From contig CAKPDY010000002.1 in assembly GCA_934149165.1 (NCBI GenBank), positions 14,680-78,679 on the forward strand: 64,000 nt of DNA. Reading direction: 5' to 3'. Origin of the DNA: an uncultured Clostridia bacterium. GTDB lineage: Bacteria; Bacillota; Clostridia; TANB77; CAG-508. The notes beneath the pieces are model-generated. The model was not told where the DNA came from, did no database searches, and saw only the letters and a list, made by a program, of their open reading frames with translations. The position numbers were made by a program, and so were the translations under genes. Position 1 is the first letter of the stretch. Every line of letters starts with the position of its first letter. Of the stretch, positions 42,810 to 51,575 are shown piece after piece.

Positions 42810-44480
42810 TTACTTTATTTTTTCTTTATATATTCCCATTTTTACTAATATTGCATATATTTTTTGTCCATATGGTAACATAAGTATATCTTCTTCATTA
42901 AATATTTTAAGTACAATAACCGATAATGCATACGTTATTACTGCTACTACTAATGCTACTATTGTTGCCAAATTTTGTGAAATTATACTATTTAACAATA
43001 TATATACACCATATGACACAATTGCCATCATAACTGATGCTATTATTGGTTTTAAAACCATTTTTGAAAAACTTAATTTTAAATCTACTGTTTTCCTTAA
43101 AACTGTAAACACTATACTAAAAGCAATTATATGACATACATCTGTTGCAAAAGCTGCTCCTGCGGCTCCACCTAATGGACATATATCTGTTGGGATTGGA
43201 ACTAAAATCAAATTAACTATTAATTTAGCAATAACACCTATTGTTAATGCTGTTGCTGGAACCATAACTTTACCTAACCCTTGTAATGCCCCATTTATTG
43301 TTTGCTCCATTGCTGTAAATATTGTAGCTAATACACATACTTGCATTATCCATGCTCCTGAAGATGCGTTTGGAAAAAGCAATTTTAGTATAGGTTCTGC
43401 AAAAACAACCATTCCTACTACACATGGCAATACAATTATAATTGTTGTTAATAAAGAAAACGAAATTCTTTTTACACCTTTATTTAATTCCCCTTTTGCT
43501 CTTGCTGCCGAAATTGCTGGAACTAGTGCTGTGGCAAAAGCTACATTAAATGACAATGGCAAACTTGTTAATGTTTCAACTTTTCCACTTAATATACCAT
43601 ACTGTGCTTTTGCCTCCATTTCAGGCAAAAAATTTTTCAATAAATTTACAACAGTAAAAGAGTCTATATTTTTGTTAATTGATACAAGTATAGAACTTAA
43701 TGAAATTGGTATAGACACCCATAAAATATTTTTTACTATTTCCAATATAGGTTTGCTCATAACTTTTGATTTTTTTGTACTAATTACTTCTGTTTCAATC
43801 TTTTCTCTTCTATGAATTTTATAATATGTATATAAATACATAAAACTTGCTACTGTAGCCATTGTTGTTGCTAAATTTGCACCAGCTGCCATAAGTGCTG
43901 TATTAACACCTGAAAAAACAGCAACTATTTCTACAACAATTATTGTAAATACAGTTTTAAATACTTGTTCTAATGTTTGTGAATTTGCTGTTACTTTTAT
44001 TTTTGACCTTCCATTAAAGAATCCTCTAATTACAGACATTATTGATACAAAAAATATTGATGGAGATAATGCAACTAATGTCATTTCTGCCTCTGGAATT
44101 CCCATCATTAATGATATTCTTTTTGCTCCTAGCAATAATAGTAATGTTCCTACAAGTCCTATCACACCAAATGTTGCAAATGCAATTTTAAAAATTCTAT
44201 GTGCCCCTTTCGAATCTCCAACAGACAATCTTTCAGCTACTAATTTTGAGACTGCATTTGGGACTCCTATTGATGAAATTGATAGTAATAATGCATATAT
44301 TTGATACCCTGCACTATATATTGCATTTCCTTCGTCGCCAAATCCTTCTTTATTTGTTAAATACCATTTATATGCAAATCCTAAAAATTTTATTAGTACT
44401 TGTGATACCATTAATGCAAGTACACCTTGCATAAAGCTTTCTTTTTTTATTTTTTTATTTGTTTTACTATTTGCTAACAT
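42810..44480 (-). CDS. MOP-superfamily oligosaccharide flippase (polysaccharide biosynthesis protein; SpoVB/MurJ-like)
   Basis: 556 aa with about 14 TM helices and an N-terminus resembling SpoVB-type proteins (KKESFMQGVLALMVSQVLIKFLGFAYKWYL). Confidence 0.65.
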   Translation of the reverse strand: MLANSKTNKKIKKESFMQGVLALMVSQVLIKFLGFAYKWYLTNKEGFGDEGNAIYSAGYQIYALLLSISSIGVPNAVSKLVAERLSVGDSKGAHRIFKIAFATFGVIGLVGTLLLLLGAKRISLMMGIPEAEMTLVALSPSIFFVSIMSVIRGFFNGRSKIKVTANSQTLEQVFKTVFTIIVVEIVAVFSGVNTALMAAGANLATTMATVASFMYLYTYYKIHRREKIETEVISTKKSKVMSKPILEIVKNILWVSIPISLSSILVSINKNIDSFTVVNLLKNFLPEMEAKAQYGILSGKVETLTSLPLSFNVAFATALVPAISAARAKGELNKGVKRISFSLLTTIIIVLPCVVGMVVFAEPILKLLFPNASSGAWIMQVCVLATIFTAMEQTINGALQGLGKVMVPATALTIGVIAKLIVNLILVPIPTDICPLGGAAGAAFATDVCHIIAFSIVFTVLRKTVDLKLSFSKMVLKPIIASVMMAIVSYGVYILLNSIISQNLATIVALVVAVITYALSVIVLKIFNEEDILMLPYGQKIYAILVKMGIYKEKIK

Positions 44481-44627
44481 TTAAATTTCCTTTCTAAACT
44501 CCCTTTAATTCAGTTTATTAAATTATATTAGTAATATTCTTATTTTTCAAGTGTTTTTTTTAATTTAGAAAACAAATTTCCCTAAAACTATTGATTTTTT
44601 AGCAATTTTATAGGATAATATAAGTAT

Positions 44628-46973
44628 ATGATTTTTTGTATGAAAGTGGTGAATTTTTTGAAGTTAATAGATAAATTATTGAAAAAATTAAAAACAGATA
44701 GAAACACATTTTTTACATATATACTAACACTAATAACAATATATTTAGTAGTAGATAGATTTGTAGACTTATTAATAATGATTTTCACTGGAATTGCATC
44801 AAGCTATTGGAATCCAATACAATATTCTATAGCATTTGCAGTGCCAATATTTGCATACTTATTTTCTTGTAGTTCTAAATTTATAAAATCACAAGAAATG
44901 AAATTGTCATTTTTCTACACATACATTGTTGCATTGTATATATTAGTAATTTCAATGTTCGTACAATGGATAAATGCTGGCTGTTGGTTTTTACTTCTTT
45001 CTCTTCCTAAATATCCAATAATAGCCACAAAATTTAGTTACTTAATAAAACCTGCATTTTGCTCTATTTCAGCATTTTTGCCTTTAACAACATTTTATTC
45101 AGTATTTAAATTTTTATATACACAAGTTAATGATTCACGATTATTGCAAGAAGCAATTTATGAATACAAAGGAATTAGCTTAGCACCAAAAAGTGCAAAT
45201 ATTGGACCAAACACTTGTGAAATCACTTTAGGAACAGATTATAGGAATGGAAAATCAGTTAAGATTTCAGAGAAAAAGCGCTTTGAATCAATGCTTGTTG
45301 TAGGCGTTTCAGGTTCAGGAAAAACTTCATTAATATATGAACCTATGATAGCAAAAGACATTGATAAAAAATATCAATACAGAGAGACTGGCAAAGAATT
45401 AGCCTTTGTTGCATTAAAAACCGGAATAGCAACTCTGTCTTGTCCTTACGATAATACTTATATAAATAACAACTTTAATTTAAACATGATACAACCCAAA
45501 GAAAATAAAATTAAAATATTTCAATCATATATGAAAAAAATGATTTATAATATATCATCAAGTGGAACAATTTATAGAAATTTAGGTATTACTTATATTT
45601 CACCAGATTATGAATCAATATCACATATTTTAGAAATTGCTAAAGCATATAAAATTTCTGTAAACCTTGTTGATCCAAAAAATCCTGAATCTCAAGGACT
45701 AAATCCTTTTGCATATGATGATCCAATGCAAACAGCAGTAACTATTTCAACTGTTTTAAAAGGGCTAGCTCATAATTCAGGTAACTCTGTTGATATTGCA
45801 TATGAAAATACATATTCTTATCAAGTTATTGAAAACTTATCAATATTATTGAAAGAAATGTATCCAAGAATGCATGATGGTGAATTACCTACACTTGAAG
45901 ATATGTTAAGTATGTTAAATGATTTTAATTTAGTTGAATATATGTGTAAAGAACTTGAAAAAGATGAAAATCTTGAAAAACAATATTCTGTATTACTTTC
46001 TTACTTCAAAAAGAATTTCTATTCAAATGGTCCTGGAAGAGAAAATACAGAAAAATATGTATATTCTGCAAGTACATTGTTAGATAATTTATTACGTTAT
46101 CCAGGAATTAGAAGAATTTTATGCAATAGAACAAATAACATAAACTTTGACAATACACTTGTAAATGGTGATATTACATTACTATGCACAAGACGTGGAG
46201 ATTTAGGTACCTCAGCACATACTGCATTTGGTTTATTCTTTATATTATCAATGCAATACGCAATATTAAGAAGACCTGGAAATGAAAATACTCGTATTCC
46301 TCATTTCCTATATATAGATGAATTTCCAGACTTCATTTGTTCACAAACAGAAGCTATATTTACAATGTATAGAAAATATAGAATTGGTACTGTAATTTCA
46401 ATGCAAAATCTTGATCAATTAAATGTATCAAACAAAAGATATAGAAGTACAATTATAGCAAACTGTGCCAATAAAATCGTATTTGGAAATAATACTCCTG
46501 AAGATAACGAATGGTGGAGTAAAGAACTTGGTGAAGAAAAGAAATGGACATTTAAACAAAGTTATGATACTGCAAAGGGTACTTATGATGCTAAGTTAGG
46601 TGATATAAGTTACAAAGCAGATACACGATACAAAGCAGGAAAAATACAAAGCACAAAATTCAAACAATGTTTATATAAAATTGCTTCTGATAGTGGAAGA
46701 TATGAAAATGGTGTTTGTGTATTAGATTTTGTAGAAGCTAAATATAAAGAACCCCATGAGGTTAATAAATATAATTTTGAAAAATATAGTAACAGTAATT
46801 CAAATTATACTGATTCTAAAAAAACAAAAAAGAAAAAATCTGTTATAACAAGTTTTTCTGAAGATGATAATACTGAATTAGAATTAGATCCAATTAGAAC
46901 TGATATATCAGATTCATTATTTGAAAGTAATTCAGAAGATGCAATTATAACTAAAAAATTTAATAATACATAA
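44628..46973 (+). CDS. VirD4/TraG/TraD-family coupling-protein-like P-loop ATPase with an N-terminal polytopic membrane domain, lacking any other recognisable conjugation genes nearby
   Basis: About 4-5 N-terminal TM helices, then Walker A VVGVSGSGKTS and Walker B LYIDEFPDF. The TraG/VirD4-type C-terminal region reads TVISMQNLDQLNVSNKRYRSTIIANCANKIVFGNNT. 781 aa. Confidence 0.55.
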   Translation: MIFCMKVVNFLKLIDKLLKKLKTDRNTFFTYILTLITIYLVVDRFVDLLIMIFTGIASSYWNPIQYSIAFAVPIFAYLFSCSSKFIKSQEMKLSFFYTYIVALYILVISMFVQWINAGCWFLLLSLPKYPIIATKFSYLIKPAFCSISAFLPLTTFYSVFKFLYTQVNDSRLLQEAIYEYKGISLAPKSANIGPNTCEITLGTDYRNGKSVKISEKKRFESMLVVGVSGSGKTSLIYEPMIAKDIDKKYQYRETGKELAFVALKTGIATLSCPYDNTYINNNFNLNMIQPKENKIKIFQSYMKKMIYNISSSGTIYRNLGITYISPDYESISHILEIAKAYKISVNLVDPKNPESQGLNPFAYDDPMQTAVTISTVLKGLAHNSGNSVDIAYENTYSYQVIENLSILLKEMYPRMHDGELPTLEDMLSMLNDFNLVEYMCKELEKDENLEKQYSVLLSYFKKNFYSNGPGRENTEKYVYSASTLLDNLLRYPGIRRILCNRTNNINFDNTLVNGDITLLCTRRGDLGTSAHTAFGLFFILSMQYAILRRPGNENTRIPHFLYIDEFPDFICSQTEAIFTMYRKYRIGTVISMQNLDQLNVSNKRYRSTIIANCANKIVFGNNTPEDNEWWSKELGEEKKWTFKQSYDTAKGTYDAKLGDISYKADTRYKAGKIQSTKFKQCLYKIASDSGRYENGVCVLDFVEAKYKEPHEVNKYNFEKYSNSNSNYTDSKKTKKKKSVITSFSEDDNTELELDPIRTDISDSLFESNSEDAIITKKFNNT

Positions 46974-47000
46974 AGGTATCTTTTAGATACCTTTTATTGT
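46972..47000 (+). terminator. rho-independent terminator after the T4CP-like gene
   Basis: The stem aaaggtatc pairs with atacctttt across the loop ttttag, followed by a U-rich tract. The stop codon lies at the stem base. Confidence 0.65.
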
Positions 47001-47128
47001 AATTTTACAGAAATTTTCACTTATTGAAAAAGTAAGTTAAATAAAGTAAGTAAGCATAAGAAAAAACGGACTTTTTGAAATGTTATCAAAATTTCGTTTT
47101 TTCTTTTACAGTAATTTTAAAAAAAATA

Positions 47129-47157
47129 TTGACACAATATATTTTTTGTTGTATAAT
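47129..47157 (+). promoter_or_regulatory. consensus sigma-A promoter (TTGACA-17-TATAAT) driving the small acidic ORF
   Basis: The sequence ttgacacaatatattttttgttgtataat has perfect -35 and -10 hexamers with a 17-bp spacer, about 60 nt upstream of the ATG at 47220. Confidence 0.55.
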
Positions 47158-47219
47158 TTTTTTACATTAATTTTATTAGTGTATTTTCCTTGCAAATAAT
47201 TTTAAAAGGAGGGTTTGTT

Positions 47220-47351
47220 ATGGCATCAAGACCTGATCCTGATGACGTTTATTATGATGAAGACTCTGGTTTATTCATAGATTCTGAATCAGGTGACGCA
47301 TACTATGATGAAGATTGTACAGATTTCTGTATAAATATCTACCCTGATTAG
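47220..47351 (+). CDS. small highly acidic protein (43 aa, rich in Asp, Glu and Tyr, two Cys); not in the ORF track because it is under 60 aa
   Basis: ATG 7 nt after the strong RBS aaaggaggg. It translates as MASRPDPDDVYYDEDSGLFIDSESGDAYYDEDCTDFCINIYPD*. A consensus promoter lies upstream and a terminator hairpin at 47372-47412 downstream. Confidence 0.45.
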   Translation: MASRPDPDDVYYDEDSGLFIDSESGDAYYDEDCTDFCINIYPD

Positions 47352-47371
47352 TTGTGCCACACCCAAAATAT

Positions 47372-47412
47372 CCCCAGAAATTTTATAATTTCTGGGGGTT
47401 GTTTTATTTATT
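47372..47412 (+). terminator. rho-independent terminator
   Basis: An 11-bp stem (ccccagaaatt pairing with aatttctgggg) around a ttat loop, followed by gttgttttatttattt. Confidence 0.65.
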
Positions 47413-48353
47413 TACATTCCCAATAATTTAACTTGTACATTTTCCATTTTATATTTACCACTTTTTTCATCAATTTTAAAAGTAACTAAAGTTTTATCTA
47501 AACTCTCTTCATTTTGACGTAAATCAGTTGTAAAATATAATCTGATTTTATCTATTTCAACTTTATTAACTACAATTTCTTTAAAAGTTTCAGCAATATG
47601 TTTATCATCTTCACATACTAAAATTAATTGTGGAATATTTTTGTATCCTGAATCACCTGGAACAAAATTATCATAAAAATCTTTAAATAATCTCATTTTT
47701 TCCACTAATTTCTTTTTCCAGTCATCTTCTCTTCTTATAACTTCAAAAACAAAATCTATTGACTTTGATGCTTTAGCTAATTTTATACTACCTCCTGTTG
47801 CTTTAAATGTTTTTCCTGCCATTTTAGCTGTGATTGTTGGCTTTGGAACATAACTTTCAAATGCTTTTACTTTTCTTAAATACGCAATTATTGTTTGATT
47901 TCCAGCTAAACGTTTTTTTATCATAGCAACTGGTTTTGCATTATCACTAGGCTGCCATTTACACTCCTTTTCCCTTGAAGTTAATAAATATTTTCCCATT
48001 TTTTCCATACAATATATTCTGTAAATTCCTTTTCCATCGTCAGAATTAAAGAAATATCTTGTTAAAATTTTTGATCTTACTAATTGATCTAATTTATTAT
48101 TTAATTTGTCCTGAGATTTTACGTCAATTCCTTTCCACTCTAGTAATTGAAATAATTGTCTTGATGTTATAAACTCAAATTCATTTACTAAATATAATAT
48201 TTCAAAATGAATATCTGTTATATGACCAATATTTATCTTATGTACAATTTGATTCATTGAAACATAACCATCTTTACCATCAAAAGTCTTAATTTCTCCT
48301 TCTCTAATAGCAAAAGGTGATACTGTTGCTTTAATTTCATTATCATTAACCAC
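47412..48353 (-). CDS. hypothetical protein, possibly a winged-helix replication-relaxation-like protein
   Basis: 313 aa, soluble, with no catalytic motifs I can name. Its size and position next to the T4CP-like gene suggest a mobile-element-derived partner, but this is uncertain. Confidence 0.35.
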   Translation of the reverse strand: MVNDNEIKATVSPFAIREGEIKTFDGKDGYVSMNQIVHKINIGHITDIHFEILYLVNEFEFITSRQLFQLLEWKGIDVKSQDKLNNKLDQLVRSKILTRYFFNSDDGKGIYRIYCMEKMGKYLLTSREKECKWQPSDNAKPVAMIKKRLAGNQTIIAYLRKVKAFESYVPKPTITAKMAGKTFKATGGSIKLAKASKSIDFVFEVIRREDDWKKKLVEKMRLFKDFYDNFVPGDSGYKNIPQLILVCEDDKHIAETFKEIVVNKVEIDKIRLYFTTDLRQNEESLDKTLVTFKIDEKSGKYKMENVQVKLLGM

Positions 48354-48463
48354 TTAAAAAACCTCCTAAAATTTTATTTAAAATTTTATTATATATTTAA
48401 TTAAATATAAATTTAAATATATACATATATTTTTTGAACATTTATATGTTCATATTTGGCATT

Positions 48464-49273
48464 TTATACAATTAGTAATTTTATTTTTTTTCTATCTGGA
48501 ACAATTTTTTTAATGTAAACATCTACGTTTTGTCCATATTCAATTCCTTCTTTGTATTCAGCCATTCCAACTAGATTTGGTTTTAATTCTATAAAAATTC
48601 CATTTTTAGATTTTTCCGTTTCCCTTGCAATTCCTGTAACTGTTTCGCCCTCTTGAAAATCTTTAACATTATCTTCCCATGTTCCTAGTAATTCTTTATA
48701 TGTTAAAATAACTCTTTCTAGCCTTCTATCTATACATTTTATCATAACATTTATTTTTTGTCCAATTTTTAATCTTTCTGCTGGTGTTTTTATTCTAGCT
48801 ATTGAAATATCTTCTATATGTAATAGTCCAACTATTCCTCCACCTATTTCAACAAATACACCATATGGTTGCATACTTTTTACTATTCCATTTACAACCA
48901 TTCCTTCTTTTAAATCATTTGAAATCCAATTTAATGCATCTTTACCAACTTCTTTTCTTGATAATATATAATTGTTTTTTGAATCTTTATCTTTAACTTT
49001 GAATTGTACATATTTATTAACCTTGCTCATACATATATTTGGTTTTGGAAATCCTGTTTCTTCAACATTTACTGCCTCAACTTCTTCTCTTGGTATTATT
49101 CCTGTTATGTTATTTCCTAAATCTACATATAAGTTATAATTTGAATCACATTTATTTACTTTACCTTGTAAAATTTCCCCAGTTGTTATTGCGTTTAATA
49201 AACTTTCTTCAGTGATATTTTGGTTATTTATATTCCACCCTTCAGGTAAAAATCTTTGGTATTCCATTTGCAC
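48464..49273 (-). CDS. S1 RNA-binding-domain protein with two S1 repeats
   Basis: ..GEILQGKV..YNLYVDLG.. and ..GMVVNGIVKSMQPYGVFVEIGGGIVGLLHIEDIS.. are S1 folds. 269 aa. Confidence 0.65.
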   Translation of the reverse strand: MQMEYQRFLPEGWNINNQNITEESLLNAITTGEILQGKVNKCDSNYNLYVDLGNNITGIIPREEVEAVNVEETGFPKPNICMSKVNKYVQFKVKDKDSKNNYILSRKEVGKDALNWISNDLKEGMVVNGIVKSMQPYGVFVEIGGGIVGLLHIEDISIARIKTPAERLKIGQKINVMIKCIDRRLERVILTYKELLGTWEDNVKDFQEGETVTGIARETEKSKNGIFIELKPNLVGMAEYKEGIEYGQNVDVYIKKIVPDRKKIKLLIV

Positions 49274-49351
49274 TCCCCTTTTTCTTAAGTTTTTTTCTAT
49301 TATATAATTAATATATTTTTTTTACAATATCTTTTATAAAAATATTAAAAT

Positions 49352-50080
49352 TTAAACTTGTTTTTTCATAAATCGTTCTAATTCTTTTTCAGTTACATAT
49401 CTCCAATTACCTATTTTTAAGTCTTTTACATCTATATTTCCTATTTTTGCTCTATGAAGTGCTATTACACCTTTGCCAATTGCAGAACACATTTTTCTTA
49501 CTTCCCTATTTTTTCCTTCATGAATTGTAATTTGCAATCTAGATATTCCCTTAGTTTCATCGATTTTTAAAATTTTAACTTTTGCTTTTCCTGAAATATA
49601 ATCATCAATTTTAACTCCTGTTTTTAGTTTTTCAACATCCTCTTTAGTAACAATTCCTTTTACTGTTGCATTATACGTTTTTTCTATTTCATTTTTAGGA
49701 TGTGTTATTTTATATATGAAATCTCCATCATTTGTTAATAATAATGCTCCTGATGTATACATATCAAGTCTTCCAACTGGTAATAATTTATATTTTGTGC
49801 CTTTTACAAGTTCTAGTACAGTTGGTCTTCCAAATTGTTCCTTTGCAGTTGTAACATAACCTATTGGTTTATTTAGTAATATATATTCATATTCATTTTG
49901 TTTAAAAACTTTTTTACCATTATATATAACCTCATCTTTAATTGGATTAATTTTTGTACCTAGTTCTTTTACAACTTTTCCATTAACAAGTATTTTTCCA
50001 TCAACTATTAATTTTTCTGCCATTCTTCTTGAACAAATACCACTATTTGCCAAAAACTTTTGTAGTCTTTCTTCCTCCAT
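49352..50080 (-). CDS. rluB: pseudouridine synthase, RsuA/RluB family
   Basis: An S4 domain (RLQKFLANSGICSRR) followed by the catalytic GRLDMYTSGALLLTNDG. Confidence 0.8.
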   Translation of the reverse strand: MEEERLQKFLANSGICSRRMAEKLIVDGKILVNGKVVKELGTKINPIKDEVIYNGKKVFKQNEYEYILLNKPIGYVTTAKEQFGRPTVLELVKGTKYKLLPVGRLDMYTSGALLLTNDGDFIYKITHPKNEIEKTYNATVKGIVTKEDVEKLKTGVKIDDYISGKAKVKILKIDETKGISRLQITIHEGKNREVRKMCSAIGKGVIALHRAKIGNIDVKDLKIGNWRYVTEKELERFMKKQV

Positions 50081-50188
50081 TTATTTTAATCCTTTCTTTA
50101 ATATTTTGTTTTATGTTTTAAATAATAAAATTGCCAAAATCAAGCAAATTTTTCTTGTTCTTTGGCAATTTATAACAATTGAGCAATA

Positions 50189-51103
50189 TTAGAATTTATA
50201 GCCAATTGAAATTAAAACATTTTTAAACTCTTCTGGTAATTCTGCTTCTAAGTGCATTTGTTTTCCTGTAATTGGATGCTTAAAGTCTAAAGTTTTAGCA
50301 TGTAATAATTGTCCATGAACATTGAATTCATTTTTTCCATTAGAATATACTTCATCACCAACAACAGGATATCCAATTTCACTTAAATGTACCCTTATTT
50401 GATGTGTTCTTCCTGTATCTATTTTAACTTCTAATAAAGTATATTTATTAAATCTCTCTATAACTTTAAAATGTGTTATAGCTTCTTTTCCATCTTTGCT
50501 AACTGCCATTTTTTTCCTATCTTTTTTACTTCTAGAAATAGGCATATTTATTGTTGCTTCATTTTCGGGAACAATTCCTCTTACCAATGCATAATACACT
50601 TTTTTTACTTCTCTATTTTTTATTTCATTACTCATATTTATATGTGCTTTATCATTTTTAGCAATTATTAAAAGTCCTGATGTATCTTTATCTAGTCTAT
50701 GCACAATTCCTGGACGAATTTCGCCACCTATACCTGACAAACTATCTTTACATATAGACATTATTGCATTTACTAATGTTCCATCCCAATTTCCGTTTGC
50801 TGGATGAACAACAAGTCCTTTAGGTTTATTTACAACTATAATATCTGCATCTTCATAAATAACTTCAACTGGAATATTTTGTGCTTTCAATTCAAGTAAT
50901 TCTTTTGCTTTTGGTTCATTAATTTCTATTATATCATTTGGTTGAACCTTATATGAAATTTTTACTTTATTTCCATTTACAACTATATTTCCTTCTTCTG
51001 TTAATCTTTTTACAGTCATTCTTGATAAATCTTTTCTAACACTTGCAACATATGTATCTAATCTTGTTTGTTCAATATTATTCTCAACTATAATTTTATA
51101 CAT
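50189..51103 (-). CDS. rluD: RluA-family pseudouridine synthase (RluD-like)
   Basis: An S4 domain, then the HRLDKDTSGLLIIAKND catalytic motif. The start is chosen at MYKIIVEN; the ORF track extends to 51127 and overlaps lspA. Confidence 0.75.
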   Translation of the reverse strand: MYKIIVENNIEQTRLDTYVASVRKDLSRMTVKRLTEEGNIVVNGNKVKISYKVQPNDIIEINEPKAKELLELKAQNIPVEVIYEDADIIVVNKPKGLVVHPANGNWDGTLVNAIMSICKDSLSGIGGEIRPGIVHRLDKDTSGLLIIAKNDKAHINMSNEIKNREVKKVYYALVRGIVPENEATINMPISRSKKDRKKMAVSKDGKEAITHFKVIERFNKYTLLEVKIDTGRTHQIRVHLSEIGYPVVGDEVYSNGKNEFNVHGQLLHAKTLDFKHPITGKQMHLEAELPEEFKNVLISIGYKF

Positions 51104-51575
51104 TACTTTTTTCCTTTCCTGTTTCATATAAACTTAAAATTCCAAATCCAATAACACCAATTACTATAAATATATCTGCAATATTAAAAATAGCAAATGA
51201 AAATAATTGATTTACATCTATAAAATCCACAACATATCCACGTATTATTCTATCTAATAAATTACTTATACCTCCAGAAATAATCATTACTATAAATATT
51301 TTGTTTATTTTATTAAAATTACATTTATTTTTTTCATAAAAATATATTAATCCTAAAATTAATATAATATTTAAAATAATAAACATTATAATTTTTCCAC
51401 TTCCCATACTAAAAGCAACACCATTATTTTCACAATATGTAATTCTAAGTACACCTTTTATAATTGTAATAGGTGCATTTTTGAAATTATTTATAACATA
51501 TATTTTTGTAATTTGGTCTATTATAATTAAAATAATAGACCAAATATATATATTTATTTTTTTAAAAATCTTCAT
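51096..51575 (-). CDS. lspA: lipoprotein signal peptidase II
   Basis: NNGVAFSMGSG, GGISNLLDRI and FNIADIFIVIG motifs with 4 TM helices. 159 aa. Confidence 0.85.
   Translation of the reverse strand: MKIFKKINIYIWSIILIIIDQITKIYVINNFKNAPITIIKGVLRITYCENNGVAFSMGSGKIIMFIILNIILILGLIYFYEKNKCNFNKINKIFIVMIISGGISNLLDRIIRGYVVDFIDVNQLFSFAIFNIADIFIVIGVIGFGILSLYETGKEKSNV

Noticed and set aside
44628-48353. An integrated conjugative element or prophage around the T4CP-like gene
   Set aside because: There is no integrase, relaxase, other T4SS component, phage structural gene, flanking direct repeat or tRNA target. Only an isolated T4CP-like ATPase plus small ORFs, so a complete mobile element is not supported.
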